Numbered from the stretch's first letter, positions 9,711-20,185 are shown. The stretch: 64,000 bases of DNA from Nitrospirota bacterium (GCA_963840455.1 CAWIYV010000011.1:64001-128000); one strand, 5' to 3'. Notes: a model not told the origin generated them from the letters alone. Numbers and translations are program-made.

Positions 9711-9879
9711 TATCACCCTATCCATTATGGCACTCTTCCGTCCATGGATATCCGGGCGAGTCGGCTATCATGAGGGCGCCGCCCGCGTCGTTGCATCCTG
9801 CGGTCAGGTTCTTTCCCGGAGATGCGCAGGGTACCGCGGCTTTTGTCATGTATCATGCGTAGCATCCCGCAGCATCTTC

Positions 9880-10167
9880 GTGAAGGGATTGTATATTGTC
9901 CTCGCGATCATCCTGCTCCATGACCTCTTCGCCCCTCACCCGTTCGCATCACCCCTGATCCTGTTCGATGGCAATCGATCGATCGAGGCTCTTGACGAGG
10001 GGCATCCATCCGCCGGAGAATTTGTCGAGGACGATGAAAATACCGCCGTGCCCAACCGGCGCGGGACACTGCTGCCTATTCTTTCCGTCAAGCTCAATGA
10101 CCAGCGGCATCCTTCTTTTCACCCGCTTCTTATGATCGCTGCAAACGAGCGCCCTCCTAAAGTATAA
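9880..10167 (+). CDS. Small hypothetical protein with hydrophobic N-terminus and ERPP C-terminus
   Basis: GTG start, VKGLYIVLAIILLH...AANERPPKV; DUF2946-like layout. Confidence 0.4.
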   Translation: MKGLYIVLAIILLHDLFAPHPFASPLILFDGNRSIEALDEGHPSAGEFVEDDENTAVPNRRGTLLPILSVKLNDQRHPSFHPLLMIAANERPPKV

Positions 10168-10361
10168 TTCTTCCTTTTTCCCTTTCACGACAGGACGGAT
10201 ACCGACCGTGCCAAATCGGCATTGCGCAAGAACGGGATCTCCTGTCGCTTGCATGGTCACCGAACGGTCGTCATTCGGGCCGCAAGTCCTTGATGATGTC
10301 GTTATCAGGGGAACACTCTTTAACGTACGCATACAACCATACCATTGAGGAGGTCACGAGC

Positions 10362-11141
10362 ATGAAATCCATAAAGATCCTTGACAAGGAATTGAGCAGA
10401 AGAGACCTGTTGATCGGCGCGGGGATCACCGCGATCGCGGCCGCGGCGCCGGGATTTGTATCAAAAGCTGAAGCCCTCGGCGGGCCAACGGAAAAATGGC
10501 CGTGGCCGTATGTGAAACTGGATCCGCAGAAGACGGCAGAGATCGCGTACGAAGAGTGGTACCGGGTGTTCTGCGGGGCTGCCGTCATCAACAGCATATT
10601 CAGCCAGCTTCGGGAGAAGGTCGGTGAGCCTTACAAATCATTCCCGGTCGATGCGTTCATCTTCCTCGAAGGCGGCGTATCGGGCTGGGGCACGATATGC
10701 GGCTGCAATTCAGGGGCAAATATCGTGACGAACCTCGTTATCGGCCCGCGGACATCCGGGACCGAGGACGGAATGCTGATGGGCAGCGAACTGATGCAAT
10801 ATTATTCGGATACGTCAATGCCGAACTTCACGCCAGCGAAAGCGAAGATCCAGGCGAATATCCCGAAGACCATCGCAGGATCGCCGCTCTGCCACGTGTC
10901 CGTGGGTAAGTGGATGAAGGCAGCGAACAAGGACCTGGGGAGCCCCGAACGGAAGGACCGGTGCGCCCGGTTGACAGGTGCCATGGCGTTCCAGACCGTC
11001 ACGCTCCTGAACCAGTGGAAGGACGGAAAGTACAAGACCAAGGGCGTCATCCCGGCCAAGGGATACGGCATTCAGTCGCAGCATAACTGCACGGACTGTC
11101 ACGGCGACAAGGTCCCGTCGCCTCCCGCAAAGAAAGTATAG
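10362..11141 (+). CDS. Tat-exported split-Soret cytochrome c-like / C_GCAxxG_C_C redox protein
   Basis: SRRDLL Tat motif; FCGAAV, GTICGC, SPLCHVSV, RCARL, CTDCH; GAGGAGG RBS before 10362. Confidence 0.8.
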   Translation: MKSIKILDKELSRRDLLIGAGITAIAAAAPGFVSKAEALGGPTEKWPWPYVKLDPQKTAEIAYEEWYRVFCGAAVINSIFSQLREKVGEPYKSFPVDAFIFLEGGVSGWGTICGCNSGANIVTNLVIGPRTSGTEDGMLMGSELMQYYSDTSMPNFTPAKAKIQANIPKTIAGSPLCHVSVGKWMKAANKDLGSPERKDRCARLTGAMAFQTVTLLNQWKDGKYKTKGVIPAKGYGIQSQHNCTDCHGDKVPSPPAKKV

Positions 11142-11154
11142 CGATAGCGTCTGT

Positions 11155-11187
11155 CCGGAAGGGCGGGAGCGCTTCTCGCCCTTCCGG
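11155..11187 (+). terminator. Hairpin terminator
   Basis: ccggaagggcgggag-cg-cttctcgcccttccgg. Confidence 0.65.
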
Positions 11188-11258
11188 CATATTCTCTGCC
11201 TGTCTGATTCACCAGGCATTCTTTTATAACGTACAGTCCGTCTCCTTCATCCATACCT

Positions 11259-12956
11259 ATGCGGCTGCATCTCTGGCACAGAATCATGCTTCTCCTCATC
11301 ACGCCCGTCCTGGCGGCGTCGTTTATCGTTTTTTTCGAGTTCCGGAACCTGAGCACGATCTACAACAAGATCTCCGTCATCGAGATCATCGATGACATCA
11401 ACCTGACCATTCTGGAGCTCAGACGGTACGAAAAAAACATCCTGTTGTTCAACGAGGAGCAGAACATCAGGCTGTTCCATGAGTACGTTGCCGCCCTTAG
11501 GAAAAGCATCAAGAGGATGGAAAGCGAGATCGTCTCGGATATCAGCAAGGTCCGGTATCGGACCCTTCAGGAGAACATCGATCACTACGACAAGCATGTC
11601 GCCACGCTCATTGCATGCGTCAAAGAGGAGCAGCGCATCATTGAGGCCATCCGGCCGCTGGGGCGGGCCATCGAGGACATCCCTGATGCAAAACTGGCGC
11701 TCGACCTGAGACGGTACGAGAAGAACTATATCATCTATAAGGAAGCGGCAGCGGTCCATAACGTTAACAGCCTCTCAAAGAAGATCGTCACTCAACACCC
11801 CGCGCTGAAGGGCCCTGTTGCAAGATACCTCGAGGCGTTCCGCAAGATGGTCGGCAACGAGCACGCAAAGGAAGTCTCCAGCGAGCGCATCCGGCATTAT
11901 GGCCGGGAGATCCAGCAGACCGCCGCGGAACTGTCGAAGAAAAAACGGACGGACATCAATGAGATCATTGCGCAGGCCAAGAAGGCGTTTATTGCGTCCT
12001 TCCTCCTCCTGGTCGTCGCGACGGCGATCGCGGGCTTCATCATATCCACGAAGATCCTCAGGACCGTGCGGAACGTGAGCAGTGCCGTCAAGAACATGTC
12101 CAAAGGCGACTTCACCTATATTCTTGATGCGTCCGCGCCGAAGGAGATCATCGCTTTCAACCGGGACTTCAACTGCACGGTCCGAAAACTGGAAGAGGCG
12201 AAGGTGGAGCTCGACCTCACTATGGAGAAGCTGGAGGATACCAACCGGGCGCTCGTTGAGCGCCAGGAAGAGCTCCTGGAACGGCGCAAACTCACGGCGA
12301 TGCGATTGCTCGCCTCCGAGATCGCTCACGAAGTAAGCAATCCCCTGTCCTCGGTCATCATCTATCTTGGCATGCTCCGGGAATCGCTGTCCGCTGACGA
12401 TCCGAAGAAAGAGGACCTGTCGTTCATGCTGAACGAGTCGATGCGATGCCAGGCGCTGCTCCGGGAGCTGGTGGACTTCGCGCGGAAGGAGCCGCTGCAC
12501 CTGAAAGCGGCGGCCCCTGCAACGATCATCGATGACGCGCTCGAAAGCGCACGCAAGCAGAATAACGGGAAACAGGTCCTGGTCAGGGCGTCCCTGGAAG
12601 GACTTCCGGACCGCGCCGTGATCGATCCGGTCCTCATGTACCAGGTGTTCTTCAACCTGCTCATGAACGCCTATCAGCATACGTCCGACGGCGATACCAT
12701 CGAGGTCCAGGGGAGCACCATCGACGCGGCAATGCACATACAGGTGCGCGATACCGGCACGGGGATCCCCGAGGATATCCTTCCGTCTATTTTTGATCCG
12801 TTCTTTTCGACGCGCAAGGAGTCCGGAGGGAGCGGTTTGGGTCTTGCGATCACCAAGAAGATCATCGAGCGGCATCGGGGCTCGATCCAGGTCGCGAGCA
12901 GGACAGGCGAAGGAACGGTCTTTCAGATCGTCCTTCCCCTGCAGCAGGCGGGATGA
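11259..12956 (+). CDS. Membrane sensor histidine kinase with HAMP
   Basis: Two TMs; AHEVSNPL, DTGTGI, GSGLGL. Confidence 0.92.
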   Translation: MRLHLWHRIMLLLITPVLAASFIVFFEFRNLSTIYNKISVIEIIDDINLTILELRRYEKNILLFNEEQNIRLFHEYVAALRKSIKRMESEIVSDISKVRYRTLQENIDHYDKHVATLIACVKEEQRIIEAIRPLGRAIEDIPDAKLALDLRRYEKNYIIYKEAAAVHNVNSLSKKIVTQHPALKGPVARYLEAFRKMVGNEHAKEVSSERIRHYGREIQQTAAELSKKKRTDINEIIAQAKKAFIASFLLLVVATAIAGFIISTKILRTVRNVSSAVKNMSKGDFTYILDASAPKEIIAFNRDFNCTVRKLEEAKVELDLTMEKLEDTNRALVERQEELLERRKLTAMRLLASEIAHEVSNPLSSVIIYLGMLRESLSADDPKKEDLSFMLNESMRCQALLRELVDFARKEPLHLKAAAPATIIDDALESARKQNNGKQVLVRASLEGLPDRAVIDPVLMYQVFFNLLMNAYQHTSDGDTIEVQGSTIDAAMHIQVRDTGTGIPEDILPSIFDPFFSTRKESGGSGLGLAITKKIIERHRGSIQVASRTGEGTVFQIVLPLQQAG

Positions 12957-14332
12957 ACATGGTGAGAACACTGGTCATCGACGACGACATCGGGGTCTGC
13001 AGGTCGCTGGAAGCGTTCCTCACCCAGGAAGGCCACGAGGTGACGACGGGCCACCGGGCTGACACGGCCTTTGCGCGCATCGCAGAGAAGGAATTCGACA
13101 TCGTCATCACCGATCTGCGGCTTCCCGATGCGAGCGGCCTCGATATCCTCACCTGCGCGAAGAACAAGAACGCCTCAACGCAGGTCATCGTCATCACCGG
13201 GTTCGCGACGATCGAGACCGCCGTGGAAGCCATCAAACGCGGGGCCTACGACTACCTGACCAAGCCTCTTTCCACCGACAAGGTGCGGATCATCACGAAG
13301 CGGGCGCTCGAGAAGATCGCCATGGCCGAGGAGATCGCCCACCTCCGGCAGGAGCTTTCGCAGTGCTTCGGATTCGAGAACCTCATCGGGAAGAGCCCGA
13401 AGATGCAGGAGGTCTTCAAGATCATCCGCCAGACGGCCGAGAGCGACAGCAGCGTCCTGATCACCGGGGAGTCAGGAACGGGCAAGGAGCTGGTGGCGCG
13501 GGCGATCCATTACAATTCGCAGCGCAAGAACGGACGGTTCGTCCCGGTGAACTGTGGTGCGATCGCCCGGGAGCTCATCGAGGCAGAGCTTTTCGGGTAC
13601 GTGAAAGGGGCCTTCACGGGCGCCAACCGGGACAAGACCGGATTCCTGGAACTTGCGTCTGGCGGGAGCCTCTTCCTGGACGAGATCGGTGAAACGACGC
13701 CTGATTTTCAGGTGAAGCTGCTCCGCGTCATCCAGGAAGGCGAGTTCAACAAGGTGGGGTCGCCCCATCTGTCGAAGATCAATATCCGGGTTATCGCCGC
13801 ATCGAACCGGAACATCGAGAAGGCCATCGCCGACGGGGGCTTCCGCGAGGACCTGTACTACCGCTTGAACGTCATCTCCATTAAGATCCCGCCACTCCGG
13901 CAGAGGCGCGAAGACACCCCGATCCTGGTCCTGCATTTCCTCGATAAGTACTCGAAGAAGCGTCCGGACAGGAAGCAGAAAGAGATCACGCCGCAGGCGC
14001 TGGAAGCCTTGATGAACCATGATTATCCGGGGAATGTGCGGGAGCTCGAGAACGCCATCGAATACGCGGTCGCCTTTTCGCGCGGCAATGAGATCACGCA
14101 GAACGACTTGCCTGCGGCCTTCCGGAAGGAGATCGCCCCCACCGTACACCTCAAGCCGCTCAAGGCAGCCAGGTTGGAGTTCGAGCGCAGCCTTGTCGCG
14201 GCGGCGCTCCAGGAGTGCGGGGGCAATGTCTCTCGGACCGCACGGCTCCTCGACATGCACCGGCAAAGCCTGCAGCAGAAGATCAAAGAGCTCGGGATCA
14301 ACACCGATGACCTCAAGGATAGTGAACCATGA
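12953..14332 (+). CDS. sigma54-dependent response regulator (NtrC family)
   Basis: REC domain, GESGTGKE, GAFTGA, FLDEI, C-terminal HTH. Confidence 0.95.
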   Translation: MNMVRTLVIDDDIGVCRSLEAFLTQEGHEVTTGHRADTAFARIAEKEFDIVITDLRLPDASGLDILTCAKNKNASTQVIVITGFATIETAVEAIKRGAYDYLTKPLSTDKVRIITKRALEKIAMAEEIAHLRQELSQCFGFENLIGKSPKMQEVFKIIRQTAESDSSVLITGESGTGKELVARAIHYNSQRKNGRFVPVNCGAIARELIEAELFGYVKGAFTGANRDKTGFLELASGGSLFLDEIGETTPDFQVKLLRVIQEGEFNKVGSPHLSKINIRVIAASNRNIEKAIADGGFREDLYYRLNVISIKIPPLRQRREDTPILVLHFLDKYSKKRPDRKQKEITPQALEALMNHDYPGNVRELENAIEYAVAFSRGNEITQNDLPAAFRKEIAPTVHLKPLKAARLEFERSLVAAALQECGGNVSRTARLLDMHRQSLQQKIKELGINTDDLKDSEP

Positions 14333-15204
14333 AGATAGTCGTGGCGGTGGACGGGTCTGAGGCCGCGTTCAATGCGCTCCGGTCCGCCTGTATGCTGGCG
14401 GGAAAGCTTGCGGCAACCATCATAGCGATCTATGTGAACAAGGGAGAAGAGTATACTCCCGATGAGACCGGATCGCTTTCCCTCGGGGTGCGGATCACGG
14501 AAGAGCTGGAAACACGGGGGCAGGAGGCCATCCGGGAGTCCCTTGCCATCGGACGGACGTTTGACATAGCTGTCGAAGGGGTGATGTCCTACGGCATTCC
14601 TTCTGACGAGATCCTGAACTTTGTCGAAGCCCGTGGCATCATCAAGCTGATCGCCATGGCGCACAGCAGCATGGGACGTAGTGCGCAGGAGTTCGTTGAA
14701 AGCCCGACCCGGTCGGTGGTCACCCGATCACGAAATCCTGTACTTATCACCGACACCGCAGTCGAGATCAGGCGCATCCTGATCGCTGTCGATAACTCGG
14801 ACCTGACAAAGCAGGTTGCGCTCTTTGGCGGCAAGCTCGCGCGGTCCCTTGGCGCCGAACTCGGGATCATCGCTTTTGTTCCCGATGCCGAAGCGATGAT
14901 CGATGAATACCGGCTCATCGCCGATGTGCCGAACATCGACCGGTACATCGAGGCCTCAGAAAAGGACCTGAAAAGGATCCTGGACCAGGCGATTGCCAAG
15001 GCCCGGGGGGTGCTCGATCCCCTGGCCGTCAACGTTTCAGTTGTCATCAAGAAAGGGCATGCTGATGAACTCATCGCCGAAGTGGGGCCCCATGACGCGC
15101 TTGTGTTCGGCCTGAAAAAAAACACTTCTTCGCACGCTTTGCTAAGCGCGACCACGAACAAACTGCTGTCCTCTCATACCGTGAACGTCTTCTTTGTGCA
15201 ATGA
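14329..15204 (+). CDS. Tandem-domain universal stress protein
   Basis: KIVVAVDGS and RILIAVDNS Usp N-termini. Confidence 0.85.
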   Translation: MKIVVAVDGSEAAFNALRSACMLAGKLAATIIAIYVNKGEEYTPDETGSLSLGVRITEELETRGQEAIRESLAIGRTFDIAVEGVMSYGIPSDEILNFVEARGIIKLIAMAHSSMGRSAQEFVESPTRSVVTRSRNPVLITDTAVEIRRILIAVDNSDLTKQVALFGGKLARSLGAELGIIAFVPDAEAMIDEYRLIADVPNIDRYIEASEKDLKRILDQAIAKARGVLDPLAVNVSVVIKKGHADELIAEVGPHDALVFGLKKNTSSHALLSATTNKLLSSHTVNVFFVQ

Positions 15205-15388
15205 TCCCTTGCATGCCGGATAAATCGACACTGCGCACACCTTCGCCGCTCGTTCGTCTAACCGCCTGATCTTCTGATCTTTCCTGTTCTGCCTGGCCCT
15301 GCTCTCATCCCGTTGGTGCAGGAAATACCTTGCACCCCTTCGCAGCGCACTTCATGCCATCTCTTTGATTCACAAACCAAATCCGCAA

Positions 15389-15404
15389 CGGCACAGGCAT
15401 TGCT
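15389..15404 (+). promoter_or_regulatory. sigma54 promoter upstream of the GntR-TauE operon
   Basis: CGGCACAGGCATTGCT; candidate activator dyad ggtgcagg-aaata-ccttgcacc at 15315-15336. Confidence 0.7.
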
Positions 15405-15454
15405 ATGTCCTAATGTGTGAATGAAGTGATCTTCGCAACACGCATGAGGCTGCT

Positions 15455-16195
15455 ATGCACGTGAACTCCATCGACCGGACGAATCCGCAGAAGCTCTACT
15501 TCCAGCTCCTGGAAATACTCAGGGGGCAGATCGAGCAGGACACCTGGAAGGTGGGTTCTCAGATCCCGACCGAGGACCAGCTGTGCGGTCAATACAACGT
15601 AAGCAAGGCGACGGTGAGGTTGGCGATAGCAGAGCTCGTCTCGCTCGGTTATCTCAAGAAATTCCAGGGCAAGGGTACGTTCGTCCGCAGAAAGAAGCCG
15701 GGCGACCGGATCCCGATGCTACTGAACCTCGGCGAGGACCACCACCCCGCGAGCATTGTCCGCGTGCTCGACAGCAAGACCCTGCTGCCCGACGATGCCG
15801 TGAGGGAGACGCTCAATATCGACGACGGAAGCCCCTGTTCCTTCACCGTGCGGCTCGTGCTGGTTGAAGGCATGCCGATGGTGCTCCAAAAACTTTACAT
15901 CGTCTCCGGGATCTTGCCGGACGATCTGACCGTCGGGGCAATCGGAAGCACGCCTCTTCACGCATTCCTCGAATCCCGCTGCGGCGTCAGGATCCAGCGG
16001 GTCAAGGATATGACCGATGTGGCGCTGATCGACGAAGCCGCCGCAGGCGCGCTGGAACTCGCTGCCGGGACGCCTATCCTCAGGGTCCGGCGCATCAGCA
16101 GCATCCACGGCGACGAGCCGGTAAGTTTTCTGGAAGCATTATGCCGCACGGATATCTACGCACGGACGCTTGAACTGGAACGATTGAGAATATGA
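15455..16195 (+). CDS. GntR (HutC/UTRA) transcriptional regulator
   Basis: PTEDQLCGQYNVSKATVRLA..QGKGTFV plus UTRA-like C-terminus. Confidence 0.9.
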   Translation: MHVNSIDRTNPQKLYFQLLEILRGQIEQDTWKVGSQIPTEDQLCGQYNVSKATVRLAIAELVSLGYLKKFQGKGTFVRRKKPGDRIPMLLNLGEDHHPASIVRVLDSKTLLPDDAVRETLNIDDGSPCSFTVRLVLVEGMPMVLQKLYIVSGILPDDLTVGAIGSTPLHAFLESRCGVRIQRVKDMTDVALIDEAAAGALELAAGTPILRVRRISSIHGDEPVSFLEALCRTDIYARTLELERLRI

Positions 16196-16220
16196 CCACA
16201 CGGCGAAGGGGGGTGAGAGC

Positions 16221-16391
16221 ATGGAAAGCATCAATCAATGGCTTGTGGACCTGAATAAGAACCATCATGCATGGTTTGGGATCGTTACCGTCATAACCAT
16301 GTCGGGAATGGGTGTATTGATCGCGGTTGTGGTAGAGGTATTTTTCAAGATACTGGGAGTAAAAGGCAAAAGGATCGAGATCCACCACTGA
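16221..16391 (+). CDS. 56-aa single-TM protein (DVU0150-like TauE partner)
   Basis: MESINQWLVDLNKNHHAWFGIVTVITMSGMGVLIAVVVEVFFKILGVKGKRIEIHH; G-rich RBS. Confidence 0.7.
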   Translation: MESINQWLVDLNKNHHAWFGIVTVITMSGMGVLIAVVVEVFFKILGVKGKRIEIHH

Positions 16392-16409
16392 TACCATAAG
16401 GGGGGTCCA

Positions 16410-16547
16410 ATGGCATCTATTGTGTCTTCGCTCGTACCGCTCCTGATCACAGCCACCATCCTTGCGGCAATGATGCTGTTTACGATGGGGATCGGCTGGG
16501 TATCAGGAAAGCTTCTGAAAAGATTACTGGGAATAGGAGGGAAATAA
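16410..16547 (+). CDS. 45-aa hydrophobic membrane peptide
   Basis: MASIVSSLVPLLITATILAAMMLFTMGIGWVSGKLLKRLLGIGGK; AAGGGGG RBS; stops 2 nt before the TauE start. Confidence 0.6.
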   Translation: MASIVSSLVPLLITATILAAMMLFTMGIGWVSGKLLKRLLGIGGK

Positions 16548-16549
16548 CA

Positions 16550-17782
16550 ATGGAAATATTCTTGCCAATATCAGGCGTGGAGATCATGGCCTGGAAGCTC
16601 GTTCTGCTGGGATTTACCGTAGGGGTCATCGGCGGATTCTTCGGCGTCGGCGGCGCCTTTATGGTCACGCCCGCGCTCAATGTGTTCGGTTTTCCCATGG
16701 CCTATGCCATCGGAACGGACATGGCGCATATCGCCGGGAAATCGGTCGTCGCCACGGCAAAGCACAGGAAGTACGGAAACGTGGATATGCGGCTCGGCGT
16801 CCTGATGATCGTCGGAACGGCGATCGGGATCGAGGGCGGAGCCACCACGATCATGTGGCTTGAAAAGGTTGGGCGAGTGGATTATGTCGTGAGGATCACC
16901 TATATGGTCCTGCTCTTCGGTCTCAGCAGTTATATGTTCTATGAGTATTATTCGCTCACCAAAGGGACGGCCTCGTCCTCTAAACCTGTCGCCGATGCAG
17001 GCACGTCGGGCCTGGCGTTAAAGATGCAGAAGCTGCACATCCCGCCGATGATACACCTTAAAGTTTCCGGATTTACCATATCGGTCTGGGTGATCCTCAT
17101 CGTTTCGGCATTCACCGGTTTTCTCGCGGGTTTCCTGGGGGTCGGCGGCGGCTTCATCAGAATGCCTTCCCTTATGTACGTCATCGGCTGCCCGACACGG
17201 GTGGCGGTGGGGACCGACCTGTTCGAGATCGTTATTACCGGGGCCTATGGCGCATTTACCTATGCCTTGAAGCAGCGGGTCGAGCTTATCGCGGCGGCGG
17301 TGATGCTCATCGGGGCCGCGGTCGGCGCGCAGTTCGGGACCCTTGCCACCCAGTATGTCAAGGGCCTGAAGATCCGCCTCTATTTTGCGTCCACCATGGG
17401 GCTTGCGGGAGTTGCCGTTATCTTCAAGCATATCGCGGGAGATTACAAGACGGTCTATTCATCTGCCCTCAATGCATGGGTGAAAGACAATCCCGCCTTT
17501 CTCGAATGGGCCAGAACGGAAGGCGCTATACTCGGGTCCGCCAAGCTGCAAGTTCGGGACTGGATACTGCTCAACAAGGACGCCGTAAAGGGCTGGTTCG
17601 TCCAGCAGTCCGAGGCCTTCCAGCATGCCAGGGCGATGGAAACGATGTGGAATGCTTACTCAGGTTATCTCATGCTCGGCGCCGCAGTCGGCCTCAGCAT
17701 CCTGATCATCCAGAAAATGCTGCAGGGCGTGGCGCATGAAAGAAGACTTGCACAGACCGGCAGCGTCACGGCGGAAGAGTAG
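16550..17782 (+). CDS. TauE/SafE (TSUP) sulfite exporter family permease
   Basis: Two GVGG repeats (GGFFGVGGAF, GFLGVGGGF), AIGTD/AVGTD. Confidence 0.9.
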   Translation: MEIFLPISGVEIMAWKLVLLGFTVGVIGGFFGVGGAFMVTPALNVFGFPMAYAIGTDMAHIAGKSVVATAKHRKYGNVDMRLGVLMIVGTAIGIEGGATTIMWLEKVGRVDYVVRITYMVLLFGLSSYMFYEYYSLTKGTASSSKPVADAGTSGLALKMQKLHIPPMIHLKVSGFTISVWVILIVSAFTGFLAGFLGVGGGFIRMPSLMYVIGCPTRVAVGTDLFEIVITGAYGAFTYALKQRVELIAAAVMLIGAAVGAQFGTLATQYVKGLKIRLYFASTMGLAGVAVIFKHIAGDYKTVYSSALNAWVKDNPAFLEWARTEGAILGSAKLQVRDWILLNKDAVKGWFVQQSEAFQHARAMETMWNAYSGYLMLGAAVGLSILIIQKMLQGVAHERRLAQTGSVTAEE

Positions 17783-17825
17783 GTCCGGTTACCACAAGGC
17801 CGGTCAACCAAAAGGAGGCAGTACC

Positions 17826-18293
17826 ATGGAAAAGAAAGTGGTGGTCCTCGTCAGAGCTGGAGTCCCCTATAAGAACACGATCATCTACGGAAGGCAGCGC
17901 GCACGCGACATGGGCGCGAAGCTTGTCCTCGCCGGCATCGTCCCGGCCCTCGGGACGGGCCGAAGGATCGCACTGGCCGCGTATGAGATCGCGCCGTACG
18001 ACACACTGGAAAAGATGAATGAGATGGAAGCCGCCGGATATCTTGAACGGGTGGTGCAGTTCTGCCTGGACAACGGCATTACCGCCGAAACGCAGATCGT
18101 CAGCGGCGGGATGGAGACCGCCATCAGGCAGTTCGGCAAGGACACAAACGTCAAACTGGTCGTAGTGCCGACGCCGACGAAAAAAGAGCACCATTCGGAG
18201 TTTTTCGATGTTCTCGAAGCGTTCAAGCATTTTACCCAGGATGTGCTCGAACCGCAGCTCTGCTGCCCGGTGGTTTCCGTAGTAGCTGCGTGA
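17826..18293 (+). CDS. Usp-like protein
   Basis: Usp-like topology ending CPVVSV; GGAGG RBS. Confidence 0.65.
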   Translation: MEKKVVVLVRAGVPYKNTIIYGRQRARDMGAKLVLAGIVPALGTGRRIALAAYEIAPYDTLEKMNEMEAAGYLERVVQFCLDNGITAETQIVSGGMETAIRQFGKDTNVKLVVVPTPTKKEHHSEFFDVLEAFKHFTQDVLEPQLCCPVVSVVAA

Positions 18294-18475
18294 GCAACAT
18301 CGTTTTTTGTTCAGCATATGTACCAGCACCATTTGAACGGCGCTACCGATGCCTGCACGCACTGGACCAGCGGGCAGGGTAGCGCCGATAATTATCCTGC
18401 CCGACGGAAAATGCGGGTGTGGACCAGCTCCGCATCCCATTTGTGTTCATCTGGCCGCGATGCTATAATGCCGCC

Positions 18476-20185
18476 ATGCAGAAGAGACAGGTCCACGTCA
18501 TCGCTGCCGCAGCGCTCTTTCTCCTCGCCTTCGTCCTGAACTTCTCCTTCCGTGCTTACGATGACAACAGCCTGTTCAGCTGGCAGTGGCTGTTCGTTCA
18601 CGTGGATGCGTCCGCCATCTACCTGCTGGTGATGGCGTCACTGACGGCAGCCTACTTCGTCTCGCATATCCCCCTGCAGAAAGAACGCGAATCGACGGTC
18701 CTCGCAGTGCTATCCTTCATCGCGGTCGTCCCGTTCTGGAGCGAGCCGGAGATCATCGTCGATGCCTCCCGGTATTTCACGCAGGCAAAGCAGCTGGCTC
18801 AGTATGGCTTCGGCTTCTTTCTCAAGGAGTGGGGAAAGAGCGTCTTTGCCTGGACCGACCTTCCGCTGGTCCCCTTCTGCTATGGCATCCTGTTCAAGCT
18901 CTTCGGTGAGAACAGGACGGTCATCCAGGCGTTCACCTCGCTGCTGTTCTCGCTCACCGTGGTCCTGACCTACCGCATCGGACGGAAGCTCTGGGATCGG
19001 GATACCGGGTTTGCCGCCGGGCTCCTGCTGCTCGGCATCCCCTACCTGCTGACCCAGGTCCCGCTCATGCTGGTGGATGTAGCGACGATGTTCTTCGTCA
19101 CCCTATCGCTTTTTGCCTTCCTTGAAGCGCTGGACCGCGGCAGCCCCGCATGGACCGCGCTTTCCATCGCTTCTATTGTTTTAACCGTCCTCTCAAAATA
19201 TTCCGCCTGGTTCATTCTCTCCGTCCTTGTGGTCGCCCTCTTCGTTCATTCCCGCCGGGATCCTGGCCCCGGAAACCGTCCCGGGCTTCGAAGGGGTATA
19301 TTCATCCTGCTTGTCGGAGCAGTGCTCTCCGGTGCGGTCCTGCTTATGATGTTCGATGTGGTCCATGAGCAGATCGCCCTGCTTCGCGAGTATCAGCGTC
19401 CCGGGCTTTCCCGGTGGCGGGAAAGCTTCCTTTCGACCTTTCTCTTCCAGACACACCCCCTCATCACGATGTTTGCCCTTGCATCTGTCGTGGTCGCGCT
19501 CCGGAAGCGCGACCTGCCGTATCTGATCGTCTTCTGGCTTGTCCTGCTTGTCGCGGTCTTTTCCATCGGACGGATCCGCTACCTCCTGCCGCTGTTCCCC
19601 ATGATCACCCTCATGGCGGCGTACGGGCTCACGGTCGTCACGCGGCACGACCTCCGTCGGTTCCTCGTGTTCGGGACGATCGCCTCATCGCTGGTCATCG
19701 CGTTCTTCGTCTACCTCCCCTTCGCCAGGAGCATGAGCGCTGTCAACCTCCAGCAGGCCGGCAGGTTTCTGGACACGCTGCCGGAGGATGAGGTCGAGGT
19801 CATCACGCTCCCACCGGCCGACCCTGTGGTCAATCCCGCAGTATCCGTCCCCCTGCTCGACCTTTTTACGGACAAATGCATCCGGTACCGGGAGCGTGGC
19901 GGCGTTACTACGCGTCGGGATAAGATCGGGCGGTCGTCCCTCAGGTTCACCTGGGAATTCCGGAACCCGGCGTATTACGCGGTCTCAAATGCTCCGGCGC
20001 CGGACATCCCCGTCATCGTGTTATCGAATGTCTCTCAAGGTCCTCTGCCGCCGGATGTGGCGGTCCGGCTTGACGGCTACCTATTGACGCGATCATACCA
20101 GATGACCGAAGATCTTTTCCGGTATAATGTCGGTGTCCGTGTGTACCTGAAAAGTCGGTCCCTTCCTGAACGACCGCGCGATTAG
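18476..20185 (+). CDS. ArnT/PMT-like (GT-C fold) membrane glycosyltransferase
   Basis: Many TMs; DASRY, TDLPLVP, LMLVDV, LSKY, RYLLPLFP. Confidence 0.8.
   Translation: MQKRQVHVIAAAALFLLAFVLNFSFRAYDDNSLFSWQWLFVHVDASAIYLLVMASLTAAYFVSHIPLQKERESTVLAVLSFIAVVPFWSEPEIIVDASRYFTQAKQLAQYGFGFFLKEWGKSVFAWTDLPLVPFCYGILFKLFGENRTVIQAFTSLLFSLTVVLTYRIGRKLWDRDTGFAAGLLLLGIPYLLTQVPLMLVDVATMFFVTLSLFAFLEALDRGSPAWTALSIASIVLTVLSKYSAWFILSVLVVALFVHSRRDPGPGNRPGLRRGIFILLVGAVLSGAVLLMMFDVVHEQIALLREYQRPGLSRWRESFLSTFLFQTHPLITMFALASVVVALRKRDLPYLIVFWLVLLVAVFSIGRIRYLLPLFPMITLMAAYGLTVVTRHDLRRFLVFGTIASSLVIAFFVYLPFARSMSAVNLQQAGRFLDTLPEDEVEVITLPPADPVVNPAVSVPLLDLFTDKCIRYRERGGVTTRRDKIGRSSLRFTWEFRNPAYYAVSNAPAPDIPVIVLSNVSQGPLPPDVAVRLDGYLLTRSYQMTEDLFRYNVGVRVYLKSRSLPERPRD

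Noticed and set aside
15345-15360. Minus-strand sigma54-like box
   Set aside because: Poor -12 element and no gene downstream on that strand
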